Part shown: piece after piece, positions 40,235-55,130 of the stretch | Layout of the letters: each line of letters opens with the position of its first letter | How positions within the stretch are numbered: position 1 is the stretch's first letter | Assembly (NCBI GenBank): GCA_964016885.1 | Contig: OZ024743.1 | Span: 346,580,001-346,644,000, forward strand | Reading direction: 5' to 3' | Source of the DNA: Eledone cirrhosa | Lineage: Eukaryota | Length of the DNA: 64,000 nt | Made by a program: the position numbers and the translations under genes | The notes under the pieces: model-generated | Seen by the model: only the letters and a program-made list of their open reading frames with translations | Told to the model about the DNA's origin: nothing | Database searches by the model: none

Positions 40235-40743
40235 ATTATATTTGAAAGGCATGTTAAAATGTTAAGTAAGCTATTTTAAATATCTTTAATTAAAATTGTA
40301 GATACTCATCGTTTCTAACAGGTTTTCATACAACTCTTACTAAATCTAACCAATGGGAGAGGCGTTATATTGATGACTCATTCGGCTAGTATTAATAGCC
40401 AAACCCAGTCGTATCTCACCAGATAGTCAAAATAAGGTAAGAATTCATTAGATATTATGGACTTCGATTCCCCCTTAAAAAGTTATGACTGGCTGATGAA
40501 ATCTCTATTTGATCAGGGCTGTCTTATAGCTAAACAATAAACAGTTTTTCTTATAGTGTCATATGTCACAATATTCGGATTCAATTGTGTGCATGTAAAT
40601 TTTCTCGTTTGTCACACATATATATATAGCACCAACAGTTTTCCAAGAGATGTCAACATGAATGAACCTGTTATTTTTATCTAAAGACATTTTTTCAAAT
40701 TCCAACCCGCCCGTCCCCTCAATCTATTTTATTTCTCATTCTT

Positions 40744-40779
40744 TCTTCTAATGAAGGACTAGCGTCCGAAACGTTAAGA
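40744..40779 (+). ncRNA. Minimal hammerhead (family C), G5A
   Basis: tctt-CTAATGA-a-ggac/tagc/gtcc-GAAA-cg-TT-aaga. Confidence 0.65.
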
Positions 40780-41296
40780 CCCCCTTCCTGCTATTTCAAG
40801 CGTTAACCTAATATATTCCCTCCATATACTGTACCGATTGTGTTGTTATTTCTGTTTACCTTTTACATATATATATTTACATATATATATATCAGAATGG
40901 AATTTGTAAAAGCAAGTTAGACCATTACTGACCAGATTACTCGATACTTGAGTTAGTGGAGTGGGTAATATGAGATCGGAGTTAGCTGTTGAAACGGCAG
41001 AAGCTCAGCTGTCGGGGTCACAAATGTTTCATATATATATATGCATGTACATCTATGTGTCTGTCTGTTTTTCTATGTGTCTGAATGTCTGTGCATATGT
41101 ATGTTGTATGTGTATTAGTATATTTCGCTGTGTGTCAATGTAATTGGTGTGTATGTGTACTTATCAATCAATTTTATATTGGTTTTAAAGACACGCGTTG
41201 TACTTGGTATTCTGCAAAAGTATGTATCTCTATTCACACCATCCCATACACACACTTACACATTCATACAAACACAGATGCTGAAACACACCAAAG

Positions 41297-41298
<2 letters not shown>

Positions 41299-41348
<50 letters not shown>

Positions 41349-41349
41349 A

Positions 41350-41382
<33 letters not shown>

Positions 41383-41384
41383 AC

Positions 41385-41424
<40 letters not shown>

Positions 41425-41578
41425 GTTATTCCGAGTTGAATCGGAGTTAAAACCTATATATATATATTTATATATATATACATATATGTATATATATATA
41501 AATATATATATATGTGTGTGTGTAAATATATATATATATATGTATGTATAAATATATATATATATATATATATGTATG

Positions 41579-41662
<84 letters not shown>
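41299..41662. repeat. (TA)n-rich microsatellite block
   Basis: Direct reading. Confidence 0.93.
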
Positions 41663-41663
<1 letters not shown>

Positions 41664-44045
41664 GTTTGTGTTTCTCTTTCTGTGTGTATATTGTTATATT
41701 GTATATATATATGTGCATATATACACGTTTCAAATATATAGTGTTGCTTGACATGTCGTTGTTTTAAGATTCAATGTAATTCGCTGAAAGATTGTAGAAA
41801 GTTCTGGAAACATTTTTGATTAGTGACGGTTACAAATGAATAGCAATTTGCCTATAAACTCCTCTAGAGGGTTCAAATGATAGGACTGACTGTGTGAGAA
41901 GCAATGTTATAATGTAACATTGGACAGTGATATAATCTCCAGAGATATTTTGTTGATAATCTTGATTGTTTTTGCCAAAGCAAATCAAACTCGTTCTCTC
42001 CTTACGCTGATAAATGTTTCCAAACCATTATAACTGTTTCAACTCATGTGAAAAATGGCTACTCCGCTGATTGGGACAAGTGTAATACGTGTTATGCGTG
42101 TATGTATGTGTGTATCTATGTATGTGTGTATGTATGTGAGTATGTATGTATGTTTGTATGTATGTATGCATTTATGTATATATATGAGTATGTATTTCAA
42201 TGTATGTATATATGTATATATAGATATTTAGATATAATTATTGTGTAAATGTGTTCGTGTCTATGTGTGTGGGCACTGGTGTGTCCATGTTTAAATGTTA
42301 CAATTTATTAATTTTATTTGAGTGCATGTAGGTGTATATTTGCATGTAGGTATATCAATATTGCAGTTGATTGTGTAGACTGTTTCTAGTCGAAATTCGG
42401 AGGTTCGTATTTGTCTCTGACTAATTTGTGCTGGAAGCCAAGGTATTTTATATTAATCTGTCCCATTCTCGGCATTCTAACTATGTGGCACTCTGAAATA
42501 GTTCGTTAGCGATAGATTTGTAGACTTAACGGGTATTTTATTAGCTAGCAATGCTTCTTTATTTTAGCACTTTATGCCTCAATACACCCTATGAAGATAA
42601 ATTTGTCAATGGCGTTGGAAACCATCTATATGGATATTTGATTCGCTTATATAATAAATTGATGATAAGGGACATTATTTTTTTACAATTAGGAGAGGAC
42701 AGTGTCTCTGATGCCCATTTTCTGGGCCTGGAAGACTGGTGGGTGAGAGAGGTGGCGGTGGAAGGTATCAGTAAACTGGAGACCTGCACATGCAACAGAA
42801 TGAACTTCGCTAAAGGCACTCAAGAGCCATATAATGACGGTAAACCGGGTGACGGGTTATGTCTATAATCCAAGTATATAACAACAGAATTTACATTCAA
42901 ATGAGAAAAAATCCTGCCTCCATCTCGACAAATGCTGTAACATTTCCGCCCTAGGTCGGTATGTCTAATGGTCACTGTCTCAGCCATAACACGACCAGCA
43001 TGATCATATATTTGTAGCACTGAGTTCATATTGTCTTATGGACATATATTCCCTTTGATTACACGAAGAGGAATGTTTAAACTAAGTACTATCAAATTAG
43101 TTATGTAAATATCTATTTTTATCTAATTTAAATCTAATTTAGTCTTTGTTTTTTTTTTTTGTATTTTTCTATCGATCACGCACGGAAGAAATTCTGGGCC
43201 AAATAATTTTTTCCAGGATATTAGTAAGTGGGGAGAAGAAGTAATATCTTCATATTTTCAAACCAGCCTGAATAATTATAATAGAGTAGACACCACTAAA
43301 TGGAAGCAAAGACCCGGTGGTGATGTTAAACTGTGCTACAAAACTTATTTTTTTTACCGGGGATCAAATACCAGGCTTCCGCTCATTCGATTCTGTTGAG
43401 AATGGATGGATCGCTCGGAAAGAATGGTAAACAGCAACTCAGCTGCCAATTATGCGAGGAAAAGAAGAAACAATCACGTTTTCGACATATAGCAAGGGCT
43501 TACATAGATGTATTTACAAATCGATATACAATAAAAAGGAGTGTAGTAGTGTTTACCACAATGGGCAAGTATGATACTCATGAAATCGAAAAATCTAGAA
43601 GAGCGAATGACTATTATATGTTCGAAAGGAGAGAAACAATGATCGTAACTTCAGGACAGAGCAGGAATTGAAATGATATTGAGATAAAAACGTAACACGA
43701 TGAAGCCGTATATATATCTTTCCATGTCTGTATAGAATTTAGAGAAGTTTCACCTTTCCAGATATTAAAAACGTTGAACAGATCTTAGCAAGGAGCTAGA
43801 TTTATAATATATATTGGCTTAGCAATCGTAACCAAGCTGGATATTAATTTAATATTGGTATTTTCTATTTTCTCATACATCACTACTACATCTAAGAGGT
43901 AAACCTTCATGCCCTATCCAAAAGTGCAGCAGAATATACAGGAAGCAAGAAAGAATTACTACAAACAAGGATCGGGAAATGGTTTGTAAACTTGGGACGA
44001 TATAACTTTATCTTCTAATATTGCATCTTCCTAATGTTTATGTAC

Positions 44046-44113
<68 letters not shown>

Positions 44114-44327
44114 AGGAGAAGGAAAAGTTCGTTGTTAAACTTTGGCTGACATCACTTGATCTAAACATATTTTGCATGAAAATGGCTGCCTTAACCAAAA
44201 TAAAACAATTTGTTGTTGTTGGTTTATTTATCGCTGCAGCATATGCAGAGAGGATGTAATTCCTTGGCGTGACTAAACAATTAGTTTCTGCCACACATGC
44301 ATAGCAATTCTTGAAATTGAGATGCAA

Positions 44328-44451
<124 letters not shown>

Positions 44452-44600
44452 TGTGGGGAAGGTGAAGTGCTCGTACTACGAACAAGAAAGAGAACACATA
44501 AGAATCTTACTCAATTCAAGTTTGTTTACAGAATTGGCATAGAAATTACACAACAGCAAGCTTATTGGTTATATAAATATATATATATATAATATAATAT

Positions 44601-45178
44601 AATTACGATTTAGCTTCATGCATAGCTGTATACAGATATGTTATAGAATTTCGTATTTCTAAAGAAATACGGTATGTTTAGAGGTAAACATTTAGAAAGC
44701 CGTAGCTATGCAACTTAACTGATTTTCATGAGGATGATCCCTCCCTCGCTTGCGACTGCTGGACTTGAAAACAGGCGAGAATATATAGTTTTTTCGTTTG
44801 TGTCAATGAGGTGATTAATCTCATTTGCCTGTGTAGCTGCATAAGTTTGCTCAACTTATAATGGAATAGAATTAGGATTTAGCTTCATGCATAGTTGTAT
44901 ACAGATATGTATTAGAATTTCATATTTCTAAAGAAATACAGTATGTTTACAGGTAAACATTTAGAAAGCCGTAGATATGCAAAACACCGGGGCTAACGCC
45001 CTCTGGTGGTGTCCAGTAGAAGGAAGGGGGCAATCGTCGATGGATTCCGATCTTAACTGGTACTCATCAGGACGATCCTTCCCACACTTGCGACTGGTGA
45101 ACTTGAAAACAGGCGAGAATATATGGTTTTCTCGTATGTGTAAATGAGGTGATTAATTTCATTTGCATATGAAGCTGC
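44601..45178 (-). repeat. Two-copy tandem repeat (about 340-bp unit) containing a hammerhead-like motif
   Basis: aatta.gatttagcttcatgcatag at 44601 and 44870; first copy lacks about 70 bp. Confidence 0.88.
45033..45076 (-). ncRNA. Degenerate type I hammerhead (family D)
   Basis: atcgtc-CTGATGA-gtaccagttaagatcg-GAAT-cca-TC-gacgat; stem I extends ggaagg/ccttcc past an internal bulge. Confidence 0.6.
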
Positions 45179-45186
45179 TTATATAT

Positions 45187-45281
<95 letters not shown>

Positions 45282-45325
45282 GAATACATGTGTATATATT
45301 TATATACATACATACATATATATAT

Positions 45326-45403
<78 letters not shown>

Positions 45404-45729
45404 ATATCTGCGAGGGCTGAAAAGCTTCATTCGAATAAGAATTACCTGTTTAAGTATATCTGGCTTAGTTATCTCCCTTGTCACAAATGAACAACTCGCA
45501 TCTAACGAGGTTGTCTCAGAATGTCTGCTCCCCAATCACTGAAATATTTGACAAAGCAAAAAATGCATATAATGACATATTTCCATTCTTTTTTACTTCA
45601 TGTCTAAGTTTATATACATATTTAAGAAGTCTCGGTTAATCTTTGTACTGTTTATGTATAGGTATTAAACGTTTAACATAAGCTAACACACACACATACA
45701 CACACACATATATATATATATATATAGAA

Positions 45730-45758
45730 AGAGAGAGGGAGAGAGAGAGATAGAGAGG

Positions 45759-45831
<73 letters not shown>

Positions 45832-45880
45832 GGAGAGAGAGATAAGAATTGCTGTGCATGTGCGACCCTGTGGCTGCTGA

Positions 45881-45961
<81 letters not shown>
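45730..45961. repeat. (GA)n and (TAG)n microsatellites
   Basis: (GA)n about 45730-45842; (TAG)n about 45881-45961. Confidence 0.95.
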
Positions 45962-46157
45962 AAATGAATGAAAAGATTGACATTGAAAAACAAATGTAGG
46001 TAATTAGTAAGATTTATTCATATATACATGAATGGCTAGGACTGATTAATATAGCTAATTTGATTAATCCACGGTCAGACTGCACTCCCAACATTGTAAT
46101 TTTTAATAATCCTAATTTAGTTTCATCCATGTCTTATTTCAATCCATCATTATCTTA

Positions 46158-46259
46158 TCCCGCTGAGGTTAACTTTGCCTTTCATCCTTACGGGGTCGAT
46201 AAAATAAAGTACCGGTAATGCACTGGGTAATTGCTGGCCCTTTGCCAAACGTAGAAACA
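46158..46259 (+). mobile_element. SINE family A, 5' truncated, 9-bp TSD
   Basis: attatctta at 46149-46157 and 46260-46268. Confidence 0.9.
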
Positions 46260-46422
46260 ATTATCTTAATGATTTTTCTCCTGTAAATTTAATTCATTAT
46301 TATTTCTTGGCTCACAACATTAAGGATGTTAAAAAGGAAAGGATCCGATAAGACCAGGGCGAGAATACTCCCATTGGCCTTCCCAATGTTGATATTATCT
46401 GCCAGTCGAAATTCCTGCCTAT

Positions 46423-46504
46423 AATAATTGTTTCTACTTTTGCACAAGGCCAGTAATTACCCAGTGCATTACTGGTACTTTATTTTATCGACCCCGTAAG
46501 GATG
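46423..46504 (-). mobile_element. SINE family A, 5' truncated
   Basis: Reverse complement of the 3' half. Confidence 0.85.
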
Positions 46505-48448
46505 TACTCGACGCAGAAAGTAAACCAACAGCATTATAATAGTAAGTCCAACACCCTTGCTACAAGGTCACATAAGCTACCGCCGACATTTTCAGTACAG
46601 TTTTCATACAGAGTATTTCCATCCTTATTTTCCTTAGTCCTCCTGGTTAGATGAAACATGAGTGAGAAAAATACCAAAAAATAAAAAGGATCGAAATAAA
46701 GAAAGGAAATAAGTTGCAAATAATACAGTATATTGGTTGAAGCGTTATGATGTAGTACAAAATACATGAAAGTATTTGTTATTTTATGCACTCTGAATTC
46801 AACTATACACAAAGTCAACTCTCTTCCATCCTTTCGTGCTCTATACGATATAATACCAGTCCCAGTCGGGTGGGTTGGCGGAAATATTAGACTCTCGGAC
46901 AGGATGCTTAGTGCTATTTATTCTGCCTTGTTCAAATCCTAGTGTAGCCTAGTTGGATGATAACATTTTTTTTAATCCTTCGACAGGCATCTCAATCTGT
47001 TCAAGCATACATACTAGTTCGTCCGTTTCAACATATCATATACTTAATAGTTCGCCGAGTCTGGTGGGAGAAAGTGTGGCAAGTATCTTCAAACCTAACA
47101 CCTAACTCGAATATATGCCACAGAGCAGACTCCATTGAAGATACCTAAGGGTCATGTGTCGATAATAAATCGAAAGACCCATTAAATATGTAATGCAAGT
47201 CGATAACATTTGAATTTGAATGCACAGAGCCAAAATAAGTACCACAAGGCACCTCAGCAGATGCGTTAATAAAGATGACCTCGGTGGGATTTTAACTGGC
47301 AAAACTAATTCCATCAGACATTTTGTCTTACGACCTACAACCTGACAGATAAAGGTAGAATACTAGTGTGTATTCATGTGTATATGTGTGCTAATGTGTT
47401 TCCGTACATATTGGTGCGGGTGTGTATATGAGTGTGTATGTATGTGTATTTATTAGCATGTAAAAGAGGCCCTCTGATGGCGAGTGTCCAACAATGGAAC
47501 AGCCAGCTGGTAAATTTAGCATATAAATGGCTAAGCATTCATAGAAACTTTTACCCATCATGTAATTCGGAGGGAGGTTAATATGTCACGGTGTGTGACA
47601 CGGCGGGCACTTTAAATTACAGACTAAGTCCAAATAATAGACTTCCGACATGTTTCCGTCTACACAAGCTTTAAGTGAACATAAGGACATTTACTAAATA
47701 TACCACGCATTTGGATCAAACCCATGATATTACAATTAAGGAGGGACTTTATAACAATTTGATTGCATGGCCGAATGAATAGGAGCGAAAGGAATAGCAA
47801 AGAAAAATTAGGGGATATTTGATTGTTTAATTTCAAATCAAAACTGATCCCAAAAGCTTAAGTCAAAGATGTTCCAATCATAACCATCCCGTTTATTGTC
47901 CAAAATCAAGAGAGACCATTTCCAAAACTGATCGAGCAAGCTAATGGAAAATATGTTCCAAACAGAACCATCCTGTGTTTTTTATTATTTTACTCTCAGA
48001 CCTGGAATACATAGGGCAACATTAGCCAATGAGATCTTTTCTTTTTAAACAACGGTGGGATGATCTAAAAGTGATATGGTTGCGATTTCAATTCAATTTC
48101 GGTTATGGTTTTCAAGGAACTGAAATAAAAATATTAAAAAATTATGTTCAGTTTTCCCTGGCATATTACATAAAAGAAATCAATGTCTCGAAACGCACAA
48201 ATTGAACGTTTATGCATGTGTCCTTGTGCAAGGTTGTATATCTATTTTGTTCAGATTAAACAAAGGAGGAGTTTGACTTAAGGGTAAAAAACACGGCAAT
48301 ATAATAACCCGACACGAATCTTTGTAAACATGGTGAAAATTAATACTATAGAGTACAAGGTTAAATAATAACAGGAAGAACGGAAATATAAATAAAGGAT
48401 GTAAAAATTAAGAAAGGTGGAATGAGACATGTTGGATTGAGGAAATTT

Positions 48449-48877
<429 letters not shown>

Positions 48878-49779
48878 ACGAAATAAATCTTCAGTAAGAG
48901 ATAGAGGGTAGAGAAGAGAAGATAGTTTTTTTTATATATGCCTGTCTGTGTGTTTTAGTGTGTGTATGTGGTCGCGAAATAATCTAAAAAGGGAAAGAAA
49001 GAGAAGCAGAGGAACCGTCATTCTAAACCCCCAGAACTTCGCCGTTCTAGTAAACAAATTTAAGTGAACCCTTTCCTTGCATTAACCTCGAACAACTAAA
49101 CAATCACCACCTATTTGGTCTCCATTTCCACCCGTCACAAACAACCAAGCACGCATCCTCTTTCTTGTGCATGTAAAATAAAATAAAAGTTAAGACGTTG
49201 TGGGTAAAGGAGAGATAAAGTGGTAAAGGTTGGTTTGGAGAAATAAATAATTTAGACTAAGGTTAAATATATAAAATAAAATACATAGATAAAATAAATG
49301 TTTAAATAAATAGATAAATGAAAAGAAGGGTCTAAAGGTCGGGTGTTAAAGCAACGTTGTCGAAACAATGGGTTAATATGGAACCATGTCGTGTAAACCG
49401 TAAGCTGATGGACGGCGTCGGATTTAATATCTTCCGGTCGAGAACGTCCGGTTAACAAGCAACTCTCTGAGGTGTTTGCCGGGTTGGTTGATGGGGTGGC
49501 TGGCTGTCTGGTTGGAGGAATAGCTAAGCGGGTGGATGGGAGATATGGAGGTGTAAACAGCGGCAGTGGGTCTAACATGAAACTATGCTTTTGAAGAATT
49601 CCCCTAGGGGGCTGTTAATAGATGAAAGCCCAAATAAGTTGTCCAATTTCACACATGCTTACACACACACAAACTCTCACATATATATAATTATATACTT
49701 ACATATAGATTAACATATACATTCATATATATATATAAATGTATATATATATATACGATGTTATCCTTCACTCATTTAC

Positions 49780-49815
<36 letters not shown>

Positions 49816-49967
49816 ATATATTATATATATATATATTAATATATATATATATATTAATATATATATATAAATGTATATGTTAATGATATACTTACATATA
49901 GATTAACATATACATACATATATATATAAACGTGTATGTTAATCTATATGTAAGTATATATGTATGT

Positions 49968-49998
<31 letters not shown>

Positions 49999-51344
49999 CG
50001 TGCCCGTGCGCGTGTGCTTGTGCGTGTGTCTGTGTACGTGCGTGTGAGTGTGTAAGTGAGGGTGTGTAGAAAAATATACATAGGCCCAAACGTATTAACA
50101 TATATTATAATTCAATTGACAGATACTTCGAAACTACATGTCTACAGTTTTTTTAATCCAAACTGTTTGAATAAGCAACAGAAGCAGCCAATATCCCAAG
50201 TTACTCTCAATGAAATTATTATAATAGTTACAATAAAGATGAAGTTCTATAAATGACATGGATAAAGAAACCTGATTAGCTAAATGTCCTTCAAAATACA
50301 ATATTTAAATTGTTGTAACTTTTTTTAATTGCCATAATCAGTATGGAAAACTACATCTGCGTATAGTAAAATCGAACCTTTTCTCTTTAAAGAAAACGAT
50401 CTTTGCATTGTCCTCTGTGTCTCGGTACAGGCACATCTCATGCCATCTCCATCCAGTCATTTTAGATTCACTTGCCTTTCTTCCTCTTAACACATATATG
50501 GCTTCCTCTATCACCTGCTTGATTCACACTTTTCATTACGTCCATACCAGTTCTCTCACTCAAGAACATCGACCCTCTGTAATTCCCTTCACGTTGTTGT
50601 TTTTCCTTCTACTATTAACATCGTACACACCGACCTTACTAGTTTTGTGTGGGTGGGGGATACTGTGAAGGCCATAGGCAGATAACTTTCCCCACTGACT
50701 CGAATAATAAAAAAAAAAAACATTTGAAGACGAACACAATCTTAAATATACAAAAATAGCTGGATGGTCATGGATCACCGCATTTGATCATAAACCTGTT
50801 CGATTATCTTTGACGAAAAGGCATACACTAACAATAACAACAACAAATGCAAAAACAAGAAAAAAAGAGAAGCAGTTACAACCATCTTTAATCCGAAACC
50901 CAACCGAACCGTGACGCCTCAAACAAAAAGTGCCACTATCACAACTACATCTACTCTTATTGTAACAACCACTATTTTTACTAAAACACCACCATCTCTA
51001 ACACATTTATGTGTTTGCTAGCAACCAACTCTCCCTCAAAATGCAATACAGGCTTAAGAACATGACATCTGCTAATATAATAAATTCCTGAAAAAATAAA
51101 TGAAATCGTTTTGGATTGAATGTATTTTGAAGATAGTTGTCTTCAAACATGTCTGACTTTGGTTGGTTTTGCCCGTAAAATCTGTTCAGCGATTTTTTCC
51201 TGAGACATTCTAATAAAACTCCCATATTATCGTAGCTGTGATCTCTTAATTCGGAAAAGTTGTGGCTCTAACTGGAGTGACTCTCTTATCTTCGAGCTAC
51301 GCACTCTATCAAATTACATTACTCCAAAGACACTTCGAAGGAAC

Positions 51345-51610
51345 TACGAAAAGGCATATGACCGCCTTCCGAGGCATTTGCTCTGGAAGGTGGTGCAGGG
51401 ATCGATAGTCAGCTTCTTGCTGCTCTGATGTCTTTATACGAATGCCTGATTATTTGTGTTCGGATAAATGGTGCTAAATCGAAGTCATTCAATGTTGGAA
51501 TCGGACTCCACCAAAGGTCCGTACTTTCACCTCTCCAATTGATTATTTTCATGAACAGGATAGACTCTCGCCCTCTCTAGGAAGACTGCATAGTGCAATC
51601 TACAAGTGAA
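51345..51610 (+). pseudogene. RTE-like LINE reverse transcriptase relic
   Basis: KAYDRLPRHLLWKV / GIDSQLLAALMSLYECLIICVRINGAKSKSFNVGIGLHQRSVLSPLQLIIFMNRI (KAYD and GxxQGxxLSP motifs). Confidence 0.85.
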
Positions 51611-51771
51611 TGGAGTTCCACTGAAGCAGGTGGAGATGTTCAAAAGTATAAACGATTTTTTGCGTTTTTTAAATTTCCAATCGACTCTTAAGTCAGAATA
51701 ATAAACAAACATTGATCGGTAACATGGAGTTAGGCATGTTGTGAAAGGACCAGTCGACTGGAATATATTTT

Positions 51772-52381
51772 TTAACCCTTTATTGTTCAAACCAGCCAAA
51801 ACCGACCAGAATTCTCTATCTTTTTCTGTTGAAACTGGCTGTAACTGGTCGCTCAAACTGATGTTAAGGTATTGTTTTCAAAATAAATACTTTCAAAATC
51901 TCATAGATTCGATATTATATGAAAATACCATGAAAATACGAGGGCAATGCCAAAAGTAAGGTCTCCTTCCGATATTGCAACTTCCGATATTGCAATTTTT
52001 CCGTTAAAATCCTATGGATGGTGCTTCGGGAAACCTCAGGAATCAAAATGCAGAAATCATCCAGAGTGATCCGCCGATTTTTACGCATGTTTTCCTCGGA
52101 AGGAGACCTTACTTTTGGGATTGCCCTCGTATTGCGCGAAATTCGCACTTGGCGGTTACGTTCAACGGGAGCTCCATTCTCAACGGCTGCCAAGCCAAGA
52201 TTGAGCATCCCAGTGAAGCGCGCGCATGCTTGTTTGGGAGTGAAGGAAGCACCAATCACAACAGTGTTGCCAACAGCCGTACGAACAGTTTCTCTGCGTC
52301 GCCATCACTTTGGAGACCTTACTTGTGGGGTTACCCTCGTATAAAAGTATATATAGAGTAATGTGAATAATAAAGGGTTAA
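51772..52381 (+). mobile_element. piggyBac-like MITE hosting a mariner insertion
   Basis: TTAA-ccctttattgttca ... tgaataataaaggg-TTAA (13/14 TIR). Confidence 0.8.
51937..52341 (-). mobile_element. Internally deleted mariner with three TIR copies
   Basis: TA-cgagggcaatgccaaaagtaaggtctcc at 51937; inverted copies at 52102-52131 and 52312-52341; minus strand encodes MELPLNVTAKCEFRAI and EENMRKNRRITLDDFCILIPEVSRSTIHRILTEKLQYRK (mariner HTH). Confidence 0.9.
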
Positions 52382-53429
52382 TTCATATTAAATTGAATAC
52401 ACTTTGCTAGCAAGTTTAATACACATTACGCATAGGTACATCGTCATGGCGATTTCGAATATATATATATATATTAGATTCAAGCATTATAATTAGCAAA
52501 GTTGTTTTTCCCCATGCACTTAAATATCGCAGCATCTTCTGATTAATACTGAAGTTTTAATAACCCGTCATTAAGCCTATGTGAGTGATCAAAGAGCAGG
52601 CATGATCAAATTAGTGTTCTCTGTTATTGAGTAGTTAGAATTACATTATTCAGTGTTTCATTTTTCAGGACGGTGTGGACAAACATTTATCTTCTATTAA
52701 TAACATGTATGGCCCCTTACAGAGTCTTATAAGACAGGGCGCTAGAAGTTTAGCAATTTTAACAGGGAAAGCTATATAACTGATTGAGTTCAATCTATTT
52801 CATAACTGTTATATTTGTATGGACTTCGGGACATGGGGAGAAATTGTGAAAAGGTAAAGGAACTCTGGCGCAAAAAGAACCCATATATGTCCTGTCTTTT
52901 AGAACATTTGCTATTCATTCTCCGCATGTTCAGTATTTTTCAAATACTACAATATTCAATGTGTAAATTCTGTAATTTGCCTTCTAATGCCAACGGATCA
53001 GGTGATCACTTTGTGCATGTATGTAAAATAAATGAAACAACATTATTTAATTTTATCAGACGAAAGTGTGAGATCAAACTTAACTGGAATTAGACATGGA
53101 CTCTTTCATGATTAGTAACATATCAATTTGGTTTAAACGGCTACAATGACTGCAGTTGTACTATGAAATAAATTTACTGTAATACTACATGTTTTAGATA
53201 ACATGGTGTAATTTGTTACACAGTGCACATATAAACAAATTTAGGCAGAAAATGAGTGGTGATCGAATTGGTTTCGTGCTTATTTGTGATACTTATCAGG
53301 AATAGTTCACATTACATCACTACTATCCATGGAGACAATATATATACTGTCGTTAAACTTAGTGACTTTGCTACAAGCCCCCACCCTCCAAAAATATATA
53401 TTTCTGTCAATAAGGTATATTTTCTGATT

Positions 53430-53560
53430 TCAAATCCTACCGAGGTCAACTTTTCCTTCATCCAAATGTACCATTGAACTACTGGGGTCAATATAATCAA
53501 CTTTACCTTCCGCCCCCAAGAAATGCTGATCTTCTGCCAAAATATGAAATGTTATTATTA
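53430..53560 (+). mobile_element. Diverged SINE family A fragment
   Basis: ttcaaatcctaccgaggtcaacttttccttcatcc...aaatgctgatcttctgccaaaa. Confidence 0.55.
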
Positions 53561-53569
53561 TTCTGGCAT

Positions 53570-54450
53570 CTAGAGTACAACCAGTTGCACAAGCCCCTTT
53601 ACCAGTAGGAAGATCTCCAAAGAACCATAGCAGGTCAATGTTACAGATGGGTGCTACTTGTTCCAGACACGCTCTACAAACATGAAAGTGCCAGCAATCA
53701 AACGTATTGGAGATGTGCAAAGTGCGACAAATCAGTCAAGCACGTTATCATCCAGTGTCCGAGATTTGCAGATTAGCTGCTTATTTCGAACTGCTGTCGC
53801 GTGTAAACTAGATCCGGCTATTAACCGAGTCTATAGTGAAACTTGAACTGCCCATTATTTAGGAGGTGTGGCAAGTCCTGCTCTTCCGGGTAGTTATAAC
53901 GAAAGAAACTGTATAGTAGATCTAAAACGTTTGAAGACGGAATTCTTCTCCGACCAGGCCCCACCCACCTTCTTCAATAACACACAAGAAGAGAGGGAAT
54001 GATAGGGAGGGAGATGATTATTTTCCTATTTCTGAATGACTCACACATGTTCGGCATCAACATCAGCCATGAATAAAGGCATCCAATCGTCGCACAGTTT
54101 ATCAAGGAAAACTTTGTCTTCAGATGGGGCATCATTTCGTTCGAGAACGTCCTGGCTTGCAATCGCAAAACGTTCCTCGAGATCATCTTTCCAAATCTTA
54201 CGCTTTGCAATTGCTTTGTCAGCCAGCCTTGACGTTTCTTTTTTTAATACTTGATAACACCTTACACAATTTTCCGATTGAATTGCGAATGTTTTTTTGG
54301 CACGGATAATTACTTTTCCCCACATTTTTGGGACCTTCTGTCTAGTTTTCTTTAAGGGAACTGAAAATGTTTTCCAGAGTCCGACATGATGGTAGCAAAA
54401 AATGGCCTTTCTGGTTACTATTTTCTTATTCACTGTGACAGATGAAAAGC
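53570..54450 (-). pseudogene. Decayed DNA-transposon (DDE) transposase
   Basis: MWGKVIIR..LEERFAIASQDVLE..EDKVFL..MADVD and CRACLEQVAPICNIDLLWF recall invertebrate transposases ('FDIA..EDKxFL..MAGVD', 'GACxLLEQ..DLLWLACRHH'); recognition from memory. Confidence 0.5.
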
Positions 54451-54879
54451 AAAATCAATCAATGAACTTCATTTTAACGAACCTTTGGGTTCGTACCTTT
54501 CTGGAACTAATTCATGCTATGAAAAGCAAAAAATAGGAAAATTATTTTATATATAACTTTATAAAAACGGATGGAACCTGATGAAAACCAGCATATTTAC
54601 TACTCGCTAACAAACCCAGCACTGAACCAACAATTAGAACCTTATTTGGAACTCATTAACTTGTTGAATCAACGAAACAAATATGGAAGAACTCACCTCA
54701 TCATCGTGATACCAAATTATTCTGTGTACGAACAATGAAAACACATCATCGATGTAATATTATTCTTACACATTTAGTTTAAGTTTATGGTTCATTTTTC
54801 TTACTTCACTTAGGATTCTGTAAATGGTAGGAACGTTTCCGGCATGTTCTTCTTGTGACACTAAACTCCGCCATTTGCA

Positions 54880-55130
54880 GACTGCGCATTATCATGTGAT
54901 ATCTCTCTCCACAACGTTCTCCAGCAGCAGAATTCAAAGGACAAAGATCAAGTCCAGTCCATAAGTTGACATTGTCAAGCCATCGTTTTGGCTGCCGGCC
55001 TTTGTTTCTCTTACCAGCCAACCTTCCTTCCAGGCATAACCTACTCACATCATGAGTTGATCTTTTTATATGGCCGTATAGTTTGAGTACTCTTGACTTG
55101 ACAAATGATGTAATTGGTCTAAGTTTGGTA
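54880..55130 (-). mobile_element. RTE-like LINE 3' relic
   Basis: PITSFVKSRVLKLYGHIKR..SRLCLEGRLAGKRNKGRQPKRWLDNV. Confidence 0.8.

Noticed and set aside
43333-43671. 112-aa ORF as a gene
   Set aside because: No recognisable motif or splice context
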